The notes under the pieces: generated by a model
What the model was told of the DNA's origin: nothing
What the model saw: only the letters and a program-made list of their open reading frames with translations
Database searches by the model: none
Shown here: positions 1 to 12,915 of the stretch, piece after piece
Numbering within the stretch: position 1 is the first letter of the stretch
Layout: each line of letters opens with the position of its first letter
Program-made: the position numbers and the translations under genes
Source of the DNA: Octopus sinensis
Taxonomy: Eukaryota
DNA length: 64,000 nt
NCBI RefSeq assembly: GCF_006345805.1
Contig: NC_043022.1
Span: 744,001 to 808,000, forward strand
Direction: 5' to 3'

Positions 1-336
1 GAAAGTTACCGTCACCCTTCTTACAAAACTTTAATAAACATGTATTCCTACAAAAAGTAGAATAATTCTTCAGCTTAATGTTAAATTGGTTTTATCATAA
101 CTTGACATAAGTAAAAGCAATGGAAAGTTCCTGGTTTTAAGGGTATCACAAAAGGCCTGGATGGCGGCCCATCCTCCCCAGTTCTTTTACAGGGCTTAGA
201 AAAACTAAAGGACTGCTGCAATAAGTGTGTGAATCTGGGAGGGGAATTTGTTGAATAAAATCATGATTAACTGATCTGCCTGTATTTATTTTTTTTTTAC
301 CCAAAACCAGGAACTTTGCAACACCTGCTCATGTGT

Positions 337-369
<33 letters not shown>

Positions 370-370
<1 letters not shown>

Positions 371-760
371 TAGCAGTATCGCCCGGCGTTGCTCGGGTTT
401 GTTTCGACCCTTTAGAATTGGAATTTTTGAAAGGTAAAAATTTTGCATTGCGTAGCTTGTTATTCTCTTTAAGTGAACATTTTTCTGGTTGAAATACACT
501 GAAAATGGCGACACAGCAGTCAAAAAATCATACAAAATAGGGATTTTCATAGAAAAAAAATAGCACTTTTGTGGTGTAAATAATTTATGGTGTTAACATG
601 GTCTGATTTGAATTTTTTCTTGTTCGGCTTTATATATATGTATATATTTAGGTATATTCACTTTGGTAGTATAGAAAGGTTCTTTGTTGAATACAGTGGA
701 TACTAATTCTCCATGTCGGTATCCAAGTTTGTCGATAGAGCTCATCAAAATGTAGGAGCG
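370..760 (-). mobile_element. Non-autonomous Helitron-like element, 3' terminus (far boundary uncertain)
   Basis: On the minus strand, a GC-rich hairpin CCCGAGCAACGCCGGG (382-397) is followed 8 nt later by CTAG (370-373) and then T inside a (TA)n tract, matching the canonical Helitron 3' end. Confidence 0.6.
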
Positions 761-1009
761 CACGTGCACACACACATATACACACTCCCACAACCTCCCC
801 CCACACTGTGCATCTTCTATATCACGTATGTACTTATGGAGGGCTTCAATGATTTTGTATGTCAAACTTTAATAGAACCCACATTGTATGCAAGTGTGCA
901 TATGTGCACGTACATGCGAGCATGTTGCAATTGCACCAAAATAAGAACTGTAGTGGTGTGTATGGTGTTGTGAGTGACTTGATGTGTGTGTACATGAAAA
1001 TATGCAAGC

Positions 1010-1045
<36 letters not shown>

Positions 1046-1124
1046 TCATGTGAAATATTTTGGTGGTTCTTATATTGTGAAGGCATGCAAAGGTACCTGC
1101 ATAGAAATAAATCCACCTGCCTTT

Positions 1125-1361
1125 GCTCTCTCTCTCTCTCTCTCTCTCTCCTTGCCACTCCTTACAATTCCTTCTTTTTCTGTCTCCTTCATCTCTCCCC
1201 TCTTTCTCTCCTCTCTTTCATCCCACATTCTTCCTCTCTCTCTCTCCCATGTCTCTCTCCTCTCTTTCATCCCACATTTCCTTCTCTCTCTCTCACCTCT
1301 CTCTCTCACCTCTCTCCTCTCTTTCGTCCCACATTCCCCCTCTCTCTCTCTCACACCCACG

Positions 1362-1410
<49 letters not shown>
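1125..1410. repeat. (CT)n-rich compound microsatellite with a degenerate internal unit
   Basis: Recurrent CTCTCTTTCATCCCACATT units among (CT)n; source of the spurious LSLSL ORFs. Confidence 0.9.
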
Positions 1411-2282
1411 AGTCTTATGTCTTACTAAATGTGTAATTTCCAAGGGAAGTACAGGTGTTCTGTTGTGATATCTTATCTGGAGAACAGGAAGAAGAAATGC
1501 AACAACAGCAACAGCAGCAATAATGCTGCCTCTTTCCTTTAATAATCTTGCTCATTTCGTTCCTTTCTCTTTCCTTCTTCGGCCTTTCTACCTTAATTTG
1601 TCATGCTTCACTGGCAGCTGAAAGAGCATTAGTGTGAAGCTAAAAATAAATTTTAAAACAGAGGGGGGGGAGCTTGTATATTCTGTTAAATACATACTTA
1701 ACATGACCTATTTTAATATAAATATCATATGTGGTGCATGTGCGTTTGTGGGGTCGGTGGAGAGGTCTGCTGGGTTTCTTTGTCGGTTAACAGTGGGAAA
1801 GCAAAGCAGCCTTATTATTCTTTGCTAAATTTAGTCGAGCATTGCTTCAAACATGGGCACTGTGTTCTTAAAAAAGGCCTTAATTATTTTAATTTATGTT
1901 GTAATTTTGTGAAGAATGATGTCATATGATGTCACAAAAGTTTACACGTCCCCAGCAACCCTGTGTCTGGTTCATTCTGTTGTGTTTTTGTGCTGACAAG
2001 GAGGACAAGGCAGCGTCTGTAAGTCACTGGGTCATTGTTTACAGAGCACTGGCTTTCTGTTGAAGTTTAACTGCTTTTGCCTTCATGTCGCAACAGATAT
2101 ATATATAAGTGTGTGTGTGTGTCACTAGAATGGACGAAAGCGCTAATATATGATCTAAGTTATATGATGTATAAAAACATGTAATATACAAATAAATATC
2201 TGTAAATATAAAACCATCCGAATTTCTGAGTACCTCATTTCTTCTAATATTAAATACCTGTACATCATCTCCAAACCTTCTA

Positions 2283-2329
<47 letters not shown>

Positions 2330-2332
<3 letters not shown>

Positions 2333-2520
2333 CAAATTTATAGATAAACAAAAGATGAAGACAGGTTTATGAACAACAAGCAAGTGTATTAGTTTGACAC
2401 TCAGGAAAAATGGAAAAGTCTTTTACATTTTAAGCCTATGCTCTTCAGCAGAAAAGAATAAGAGGAAATAAATAGAGAGAAAATGAAGAAAAACATGTTG
2501 AGTTCAATGCTCCAACATAG
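2330..2520 (-). mobile_element. Penelope-like non-autonomous repeat (family B) with a decayed hammerhead motif
   Basis: The minus strand of ~2416-2456 reads CTTTT-CTGCTGA-A-GAGC-ATAG-GCTT-AAAA-TGTA-AAAGAC. It is homologous to the copies at 16770 and 57145 and is flanked by (TA)n. Confidence 0.55.
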
Positions 2521-2549
2521 ACATATATATATATATATATACACATATG

Positions 2550-2586
<37 letters not shown>

Positions 2587-4959
2587 GTATATATGTGTGC
2601 ATGTGCACACACACACACATATATAATAGCTTAAAAGTGTAGATTTTTAAGCTAGTTCCTGCAGAAGGCTAATTGGTCTTGCGGCCCAAAACTAAACAGA
2701 GCTAAATGTCCTGGTGGTGTTTGATCAGGGGTTAAGGACGGATGAGAATTAATTCTGTAATGCAATCATTCTATTGTTCCAGTCCCAAGTTGAATTCCAA
2801 CTGTTGGCCAATTTGTCCCAAAGTTCTTACGTCGACATAAAATTAATGAAGTGAATGTCATTTATCTCCCCCCCCCCCTTGATCTCTGACAAATGCAGAA
2901 CAAGATGGTGTGAATCAGCTGAGCTCTACGTGCTAGAAATAGCAACCCTAATGCTTTTAATGCTGGGTGTTCAAGAACCAAATGAAGGGCAGATTTTCAA
3001 TCTTGGGATCATCCTGGCTTAGATACAGGGATCCTGGATGGACAGACAGAAGTTTGCTTTTATTATTATAGATATATATCTCAGGGGGAAAGTAAACATG
3101 TCAAATTGACTACAGTAAAGAAAACTATGACCCTTATTTGTGCCTTGTCTTTATATATATATTGGCATGGCATGGCTAGGCACAGACATGGCAGTGTGGG
3201 AAGACGACTGCTTGTCACTAACATGATTCCAGTTTCAGTCCCTCTGCAACTATAACCCAGGGCCAACCAAAGCCCTGGAATTGGAAGTGAAACCGCTCAT
3301 AAGGCTTTGATCCACCTGACGTTGTAGCATGAGACACTTGCCCAAGGTGCCATGCAGTGGGACCAAACCCCGGGCCATGTAATTGGGAAGCAAACTTCTT
3401 ACCTTGTACACACACACACACGCACACATATATATACTGTAGGCTTCTGCATAGTTTCCATCCATCATCTTAACCCCTCACCCACCCACCCAGACTGTGT
3501 AGTGGAAAACTGATGCTTTTATTTTATTGACTTTGGAATGATGAAGGGCAAAGCCAGACTTGGTGGGACTTGAATTCAGCATGAAAGGAGCCAGAACATG
3601 TGACACATAGCCTTTCATCTGATGCTCTACCACCTCTGCTGTTTCGCCAACTGGGAGTATAACGGTATCAGATCAACATTATACTCCTACTCACACAAAC
3701 ACATATTTACTCTGAGTAAAGACAACAGCTACACACCCACTAAAATAGCATAAAAATCAATCATCTTTGCTAAAACTTGTGGCCTACATTTCCGTCTTAT
3801 TATTATTGTCATATACTAGAACACATCAATAAATATATTTATCAAGCTAAAATATATTTGCCCATCTAAATAGTTATTGTATTATTGTGATTTCTCTCTA
3901 AAATTAGTACTGTTGTCACGGCAACATAATCAGATGATCAGTGTTGGGTAAATCTCTGTTGATTTGGTTCAGCTTTGCATTGGGTTGGTTGGTTGATTGG
4001 ATGGTTGGCAGGAGTTAAAAGGAAATTTTTTCTTCATCTGTTTCCACATCAAAGGGATATCACTTGGTTCACTCTATGAAACTGTTGCCCACCCACCAGG
4101 AGTGGAGTGGGAGGTGTAGTAAACGAAGCTGTGTGGCCGGACTTGAATTGGTATGTCCGATGTCCTGTGGGACGTACATCACATCTCGTGACACTACACG
4201 GTTTCCGTCCCATGGTCAATGCAGTTTGTTACTGCACGGCTCAAACCAACTTGATTATGTTAGTTTATGTTCCAAACAGCTGCTTAAAAATAACAGGTAT
4301 TTTAATAAATTTTTCATTATTTCTAAAACTAATTAAGACAAAGGTAGATTATTTCAACAGAAATATGGTGACAAAAGGGTTAACAGTCCATTCTGTGGCA
4401 GACATTCTGGTCAGGTCACCTTTTCTGCCAACAGTCTCGGAACCCCTGAAAAAAAAAAACAGTGTCACACTATTCATGTTGACTTCTTTGAAGCCAAACT
4501 GAATAAAGCAAAGCTTATTCCTGCAGTATAACAGAATAGCATCCTTGGTTTGAGAATTCCTACCATGACCATCGCCACCACCTCATAAGTTCATTTTTTG
4601 TTTCTGCTTTTTGGTACCACATGAATAGCACCCAGTACACTCTGCAGAGTGATTGGCGTTGGGAAGGGTATCCAGCTGCAGAAACTATGCCAAAACGAAC
4701 AATTGGAGCCTAATACAGCTCTTGTGGCTTGCCAGCTCCTGTCAAACCACCCAACCCATACCAGCATGGAAAATAGGTGCTAAGTGATAATAATAATATT
4801 GATGAATGTATGTATACACACACACACACACACACTTTGGATCATAGAGTGACCCGCTGTTCTTGAGAAGACCTATTGAGTCAAGTACGTTAACACCAAC
4901 ATCAAAATGAAAATCAAATGGAAATTGTAGTTAAGACACCCGGGCCAGTGGCACGTTAA

Positions 4960-5225
4960 AAGCACCGCCTGACTGGCATCCATGTCGGTGACACGTAAAA
5001 GCACCAACTGATTGAGGCCGTTTACCAGCCTCCTCTGGCCCCTGTGCCAGTGGCACATAAAAAGCACCCACTACACTTACGGAGTGGTTGGCATTAGGAA
5101 GGGCATCAAGCTGTAGGAACACTGCCAGATCAGACTGGTGCCTGGTGCAGCCTCCTGGTTTTCCAGACCCCGGTCGAACCGTCCAACCCATGCTAGCATG
5201 GAAAGCGGACGTTAAACGATGATGA
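4960..5225 (+). mobile_element. RTE-related short retroelement / Ceph-SINE-like 3' part (other copies ~25135-25430 -, 32815-32965 +, 37255-37445 +, 55500-55700 -)
   Basis: Shared block AAAAGCACCCACTACACT...GGAAGGGCATCCAGCTGTAGAAAC...CCCATGCTAGCATGGAAAGCGGACGTTAAACGATGATGAT with a (GAT)n tail, seen at least 5 times. Confidence 0.7.
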
Positions 5226-7689
5226 TATATATATATATATATGATGGTTTTTCTTTAGTTACGAGGCTGATGACCATTCACACCCACACACACACCTGAT
5301 CCTCTTGGTACCATCATTAGGAAAATGTCAAAATGTCATCCTATAATACCATATACACTTTGGAATATTAATCTCATGGAACCTCATCTCATTACATAAT
5401 GGGCAGTATGGACAAGGTTGGGCATGATTCAGCTGCTATTTTTAATAGGTCAAGCAACTGCATAAGCACTTCCTTGGCGTTGTTTTTTAGCCCTAGGTCT
5501 GGTCTGGCTAGCAGCCCTATGGTCAAAGATATTCCATCTTTTTCTCTCCTCCACTTTCTTTCTGTCGTTGTGAATCTAAAATGACTACTTTACATAATGT
5601 GTCCTTCATTTCTTAAGAACAGTTGGGTGCAATTTAGCAGGGATTTGACTGCTTTTTGTTGCAGATTGAATGACTATGTGTAATGACTCCCTTATTGGGT
5701 CAAGTTTGACCCTTTGTAACCACGTTTCTTATGAAATGTACTATCCTTTGTTTTTTTTTTGGAACAATGAATCTCAAAGCACATAAAGCTATAAAGAATA
5801 GCTTGTAAATATTGGGTTGGAAAACCCTTTTGGACAAAAAGCCCAGAGGCTACTTTTGGGACTTGAACCCACATCCTTCGAATTTGTCCATTTTTAGAAA
5901 CTTTATACTTACCAGCAGGAATTGTATGTTGTTGGTACATTTATAAACTTCCAAGAGAAATAATTCTTTTTTCCTTTTTGAGTGGAGGGGGTCTAGGATC
6001 TGGCCAGTTTAGATATAAAATGAGGATTTGGGTTGGATCTGGCCAGTTTAAGGTGGGGGAGCTGGTAGAATTGTTAACATGTCAGGCAAAATGCTTTGCG
6101 GCATTTTGTCCGGCTTTACATTCTGAGTTCAGATTCTACCGAGGTTGACTTTGCCTTTCATCCTTTATGGGGTCAATAAAATAAGTACCAGTTGAGCACT
6201 GGGGTTGATGTAATCAACTGAACTACTCCTAGGTATGAGCATAAAAACTGCACCCCTCGGCCAAGCCAGGGTGGGTGGCAGAGTTGAGTCATCGAAGAAG
6301 TATGATCTTAAGCTCAAATTAAGGGCCTCCACATCAGACCACGGTTGGTGGAGAGAACATGCTGAGGCCTTCATCCTGTTGTGGACTGCACATAGGCAAT
6401 CCAAACCAATCCAGTGGCCAGTTTAAATGCTAATGGGTTAATTATATGGTCTTATCACACCACACTATGTGATGCTGAGCCCACTTGAGAATTGCATTAA
6501 CAGTAGACATGTCTGTGGAATATTCAGCCACTTGAAAACCAATTCAACAAGCCTGGTTGCACCGTTGATCAGTCAGTCAGTCATGGTCGAAAACTGACCG
6601 AGATTCATGCATTATTAAAGCCGTTTGGCAACTGAACAAAGTGACCGACATAAGCATCATTACAGAAGACATAGATTTAAATGTAAACACTTTAAAAAAA
6701 AAGCAGATGGCTTGAAGGGATGGGGGCTGGTCTCGGGCGGATTCACTATCCCAAAGGGCTTTTGTATTTCAACGTTGTGTGTAATAAAATTTTCAGACAG
6801 GTTGTTGTTGTTGGAAATAGGGATTACTTTGAATATCTGACGTCTGTTTGTCGAAGTCAACCTTCAGCAAGAAACAGAGAAACCAGATGTTTTGTCTCGC
6901 AACAACATATGCGATTTGCATTAAGCAGCAGCTGGAGTCAAAACACCGTAAAATTGGGGGGTTGTTTGTTGCAAAGCGCTTGTTATTGTTCGTTCATGGT
7001 GTAAGGACAGACAATGGAGGCTGATATAACAGCCTTACTATTCGAGTTTTGTCTCTAATGTGCGTGACATCATTCTGATGGTGATGACAAGGATGATGAT
7101 GGTGGTAACAGTGATGATAGTGATGCTGATGTGTCATTTTGTCAATGTTTGTAGTTTTACATCACCGTGTCGTCGTCGTTATTATTATTTTTAGTTTAAT
7201 TGAAATTGCAGTCGGTCGTTTTTGCAATGTTTCCAGGCAACAGAAAATCAGAATTTTGGGTTGTCTGTTTGTTGTTTTTATTTTATCTTTTGTGTGTTTG
7301 TAAATTGAAATTCACCTCTGCTGACCTGCTCTGTTGTTCTTTGGATGTGTGTGTGTTGTGTTTTGTGGTTGTTGCAAACGCCGTGCAGGTGTGGCCTTAT
7401 GGTCAGGTTGCTTGCTTTACACTCGTGAGGTCTTGAGTTCAATCACTCTTCCACAACAGGTAGAACACGCATTGGCAATGGGCCGTCTGCCCACCAGAGC
7501 ATTGTGGGGCAGAAGAAGAGGACCAAAGTCTTGTGACAAAATTTGAACGGACGGAAACTGTGTGGAAGCCGATTTGCTAGACTCTACCCATAATCTGTCG
7601 CATCTCGTGTCTGGCAAATTCTTCGTATGAACAATGATAAAGCTTTTATATCAGCATTTTTTTAAATAATAAAAAAAAAATAGAATTAC

Positions 7690-7893
7690 TCTTTTATTCA
7701 CCTTACTCTTTTACTTGTTTCAGTCATTTGACTGCAACCATGCTGGAGCACCACCTTTAGTCGAGCAAATCGACCCCAGGACTTACTCTTTGGAAGCCTA
7801 GTACTTATTCTATCGGTCTCTTTTGCTGAACCGCTAAGTGACGGGGATGTAAACACACCACCATCGGTTGTCAAGCAATGCTAGGGGGACAAG

Positions 7894-7929
<36 letters not shown>

Positions 7930-8100
7930 CATATATACAACAGGCTTTTTTCAATTTCCATCTACCAGATCCACTCACAAGGCTTTGGTCGGCCCAAGGC
8001 TATAGTAGAAGACACTTGCCCAAGGTGCCACGCAGTGGGACTGAACCTGGAACCATGTAGTTAATAAGCAAGCTACTTGCCACACAGCCACTCCTGCGCC
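7690..8100 (-). mobile_element. tRNA-derived SINE with internal (TA/TG)n, near full length (many copies, e.g. 11590-12080, 15900-16250, 33840-34180, 44190-44535, 50760-51060, 61755-61920)
   Basis: The minus-strand head GGCGCAGGAGTGGCTGTGTGGCAAGTAGCTTGC...GGTTCAGTCCC is A/B-box-like. The 3' end is GCTCCAGCATGG...CAAATGACTGAAACAAGTAAAAGAGTA. More than 10 homologous copies occur in the window. Confidence 0.85.
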
Positions 8101-10036
8101 TTATAAAAGTTTTTATAAAAGCATTAAATAGTTACATCTTTATTCAACATCTGGTTTCAAATTTTAGCACAAGGCCAGCCATTTTGTTGGAGGGGTACGT
8201 CAATTACATCCCCCCTCCCCCATCCGTGTTTCACTGGTACTTATTTTATTGACCCCTAAAAGGATGAAAAATGAAGTTGACCTCAGTGGAATTTGAGATC
8301 CGCATGTAACGAAGGATGAAATACCACTCAGCATTTCTCCTCCCAGCATGCAATGAATCTGCCTGCTTGCTGCCTTTTCCAATATCAAACATTTGAAAAG
8401 CCTGATGAGGTCATTTAAAACGAAATTTTTAATGGCATTTTCTCGTGTGGCAAAATTGTTTACAACAAAATTTCCTATAACTGTTACATCTACCTGAGAA
8501 TTAGCTGAAGGTGTACAAGAGTCTGTGAAGTACTCTGTCACCCACATAACAATTCTATAGGCTGGCAGTTCCATTAGCCAAAGAATTGCAATTCTGACCA
8601 CTGAAGCCAGTGGGGTAGGCTTCATTTTTTTATGTGGCACATTCATTCATTCATACAGTTGTATAACATAAAAGATTATAGTTTCAGCCAGCTCCATCTT
8701 GAAACAGTTATCATTATTGTTAATACTTGATAATTCTTGGAGAGATTTCTTTGAGTCATATTGCTGTCAACTGAAGATAAAATCTTCTCTGTGTGATCTC
8801 TTTGCAATTTAAAACGAAGAACAGACAAAACCTGAGACTTGCAAAGAATTTAGTCAGATAACCAGAATCTTTAGAGATTTACTTCTTCAATTTCAAAATC
8901 TAATCTAACGTTAGCCAACTGTTATGGCATTGTTGTCTACCGTTAGGCAGTCGGATTATATGACGCGGTTATCTAAATAAAATATATCAAATTTGAATTG
9001 CAGGGGATTAGAAGAAACTTTTAATGTGTCGGACAAAATTTCTTTCAATCTCTAGTTCCGGTCCTTAACATTCTGTGTTCAAATCCTGCCATGGGAGGGT
9101 GAATGAAATATAATACCAGTCATGTACTAGGGTATTTTTAAAATATGAACTTTTGCAATCTATTCAGCAGTGAATGTATCTAGGACTGACCAGCTTGTAC
9201 AGGACATAGGCATATGATGCATGAAATGAAGTGAAGCCAAGTATTGATATTTTGAATGCATTTAATATGCACATTTCAGACACTTGTGCAACAGTTAAAA
9301 ATGAAATCTGTCTTACACAAAATCTTCCTCAGTTATTTTTAGATATGGACTTTCTTACATTTTCAGAGCTAGAGCTACAAAGCAACCTCATCAGTGCTGG
9401 TACTACAAAAAGTACCTAGTACACTGTATAAGTGGTTGATAACCAATTTGAGAAACAACAGTGCAGGGCTTGAGAGCACTCTTCAGTCTTGAGGATGGCA
9501 AGGAAACCTCTGTAGTGTTGATGCTAGGAAGGGCACCCAGGTGTACAACCCCATGCCCAAAATGAGACATTAGAGCTAGATGTGGTTTTTCCATTGCTTT
9601 GGATCCTGTTGAACCTTCTAACCCATTCCAGCAGAAAAAAATGGAACATGAATTGATGATGGGTGGGAGTAATGACTATGAGTGTGTTATTAAAAGGGTT
9701 AAGTATAAAAGCAGAGTTTGTTGTAGAGTGTCAGGATGCAGGTTGTGTGTGGGGGTTTCATATCCGATTTCCACTGGATTTTAATTATTGAAGAAACATT
9801 AGGAAATATTTTATTTAAATGTTTCGAAATTGATATGGCTTCCTTTCTTTCTTATTTATTTTAGTGAATATAAAATACATCACAGACAAAATATGAATAC
9901 AATCAATATAGACTGCCACGGTCAAGGTCACCATAGCCTGTTTTTATTATTGTTTATATTGATTAAAAGAGAAACCTTAGAACAGCCCACATGCACAGTT
10001 TGTCTGTTCTGTGAGTGTGTCTGTGTTTGTTTAGGG

Positions 10037-10603
10037 CAGTGGTTCCCAACCTGAGATCTGCAGACCCCTGGTGGTCCATAAACTAAATTCAAAATGACAT
10101 ACACACACACACACACACACACACTCAAGGATAAGCATATTAAAAAAGGTCCATGGGAAACTCAGACGTGTCACCTGGGTAGGCAAGGTAGGCAGTGCCT
10201 ACCCTGAATAAAATAGATCGATAGTAACATTTTCCTTTTATGGCAAAATATGCCCCTAATTCAATATAATTATGAAGGTTACACTGATTACTATGCATAA
10301 AATGCAAAATATATTTTTTTTCTAGATTATGTAGGCATAATTCACCCCTACCTTTCAATCTCAGTATTGAAGCTACGTATAGAACTGCTGTAGCACACAT
10401 GCTGCGTACATTCCTACAACAAAGTTTTCTTTATGTGCTATAAAGGCAGAAGTAAATCTGCCTCCAACTCGGTCATGCATCTGTGTTTCGCTTATTTTTT
10501 GGTGTTTTTTATTACATAAAGGTCACCAACTGCCTGCCCTGAGTAATTACTGATGGCACGTGCCCAGAAAAACTCATTTAAATAAAGGGGTTGAGAACCA
10601 CAG
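10037..10603. mobile_element. hAT (Charlie-type) MITE
   Basis: TIRs CAGTGGTTCCCAACC / GGTTGAGAACCACAG. Flanking 8-mers GTTTAGGG (10029-10036) and GTTTAGTG (10604-10611) form a 7/8 TSD. Confidence 0.75.
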
Positions 10604-10917
10604 GTTTAGTGTTTACAGATCTGTGGGAATAATCCAAAGGCAAAAAGAGTAGTTATGTAATCATAGACAAATGGATCGAGTGATTGAAGGATAAACCGTT
10701 CAACCATTTAGCAGTCAGATTCCTGTCGAATGTAATAGTTATTTATTCACTTTGTTTTGAATTAAATCGTGCATTGCTTCTTTGAGATTTCAATGATGTG
10801 ATTGCTTATTTTTAGAATGACATTGTAGGGTAAGTGTGAGAGGCCAGATGAAGCCAGTTTGAACATAAAACAGATATAATATTTTTAGTATATGTATATA
10901 TATATATATCATCGACA

Positions 10918-11143
10918 TTAACCCATTAGCATTCGAATTACTCTGACAAATCTAATGCTTATTTGCCCATGTCATTTTGAATTCATCCAGCATTGCCTCA
11001 TAGCTTTGAGATTTTGATGATGGGATTGTTTATTTTTAAAATTACATTGAGGGGTAGGTGTGAGGGGCATGATCTGGCCAATTTGTGCATAAAGCAGGTA
11101 AAATATTCAGTTCAGATTTGACTGGTTTAAATGCTAGTGTTAA
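10918..11143. mobile_element. TTAA-flanked MITE (piggyBac-like termini); further copies at 25650-25875 and partial copies elsewhere
   Basis: TTAACCC..TAGCATT ... AATGCTA..G(G)TTAA termini with a shared ~225-bp body. Confidence 0.7.
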
Positions 11144-11505
11144 AGTGTTCAGGTTCTGTATTTGGTTTGCAAGATTCTTGATGTGAACTCATGTATTGAA
11201 GCAGATTTTATTGTATATTGGGTGGGTCATTATGCCAATAATAAACCCACATATACAGACACTGGTTATGTTTCACTTCTTTTATTATTAGTCAGTTGAA
11301 AGCGTTGAACTAGCAGAATCATTGGCACACTGGCCAAAATGCTTAGCAGCATTTTGTCTATCTTTAAGTTCTGAGTTCAAATTCCACCAAAGCTGAAACA
11401 GCTGCAAATGTTATTTTTAACAATAATTAAACTATGACCATTTAATATCAGTGATCAATGTCTAATTGTTAATTGTTGCTCCATTTCTTTTCTGTTATAT
11501 ATATA

Positions 11506-11587
<82 letters not shown>

Positions 11588-12519
11588 AATCGACCTCAGT
11601 ACTTTATTTCTTAAAGCCTGGTACATATTCTATCCATCTCTTTTGCCGAACTGCTAAGTTACAGGGTCATAAATACACCAACACCACTTGTCAAGCAGTG
11701 AAGGTGGGGACAAACACAGACACACATACATAGTGTGTGTGTGTATATATTATATATATATATATACAGACACACATACGTTGTGTGTATATATATGTAT
11801 ATTGGTAGATGGAAGCTAAAAGAAGCCTGTCATATATATATATATGATGGGCTTCTTTCAATTTCCATCTACCAAATCCACTCACAAGGCTTTGGTTGGC
11901 CCAAGGCAATAGTAGAAGACACTCGCCCAAGGTGCCAGGCAGTGGGACTGAACCAGGAACCATGTGGTTGGGAAGCAAGCCTCTTGCCACACAGCCACAT
12001 CTGCATGATGGGCTTCTTTTAGTTTCCATTTACCAAATCCAGTCGCAAGGCTTTGTTTGACCCAAGGCTATAGTAGAAGACCCGTGCAAGCTTGGGAAAG
12101 TGGATCTTGATGGTGATGATGATGTTTACAACTGCCATTTTCTGTACAGAAAAAAAAAATGGAAGAACAAATAGAATTAGTGGAAAGGGACCTTGAAGGA
12201 GAGAGAGAGAGAGTGTGTGTGTGAGTGATTTATATAATCTGGTTAAGTAGCATCGAACCGAAATAAGATGCCATGAAATTTCCCTGCAAGAATTTCTGTT
12301 TCAACCAACATGCAGCCAGCCAGCCAGGCAGGTATGTAATGTGGTTCTGTGCAGGATATCGGTAAAATGTTACAATGTATATTGGTGTAATGGTGGTGGT
12401 TGGGGGTGGTGGTGGTTGGGGGCAGCAGGGATGGGGGGTGGGGGGGCGTTGACGAATGGGGAATTGAAGAATAATATATATTAGCTGAGACAATTAGTGT
12501 CTGTAAGTTACTGTAAATT

Positions 12520-12915
12520 ACTACTACTGCTGCTGTTACTATCACCACCACCACCACCTCTACTACTACTACTATGACTACTGCTATTACTATCATTACC
12601 ACTGTTGCTGGTAGAACTACTGTTTCTGCCACCAGCCCCCCTACTACTTCTGTGCTATTAGTACTTCTAATACTACCACCACCACTACCATTACTACTAT
12701 TACTACAACTACTACCACTGCCATTACCACCACTACTACTACTACCACCATTGCTACTATTACCACCACCACCATTTCTATTACTACTACTACCGTCACT
12801 ATCATTACTACTATTCCTACTACCACCACACTACTACTACTACCACCATTACTATTACTACTACTACTACTACCATCACCACCACCACCATTACTACTTC
12901 TGCTACTACTACTAT
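12520..12915. repeat. (CTA/CAC)n trinucleotide low-complexity tract
   Basis: Runs of CTACTA, CACCAC and TTACTA; source of the poly-L/V/Y/H ORFs. Confidence 0.9.

Noticed and set aside
2001-2018. Possible 18-nt microexon (AAG|GAGGACAAGGCAGCGTCT|GTAAGT)
   Set aside because: Weak polypyrimidine tract and no counterpart in the GRK2 alignment; needs RNA-seq junctions.
2039-2383. RRFGDDVQVF resembling an RT YxDD motif; nearby GGACGAAAGCGCTA resembling a hammerhead 3' half
   Set aside because: Both are isolated, with no other RT motifs and no CUGANGA core.
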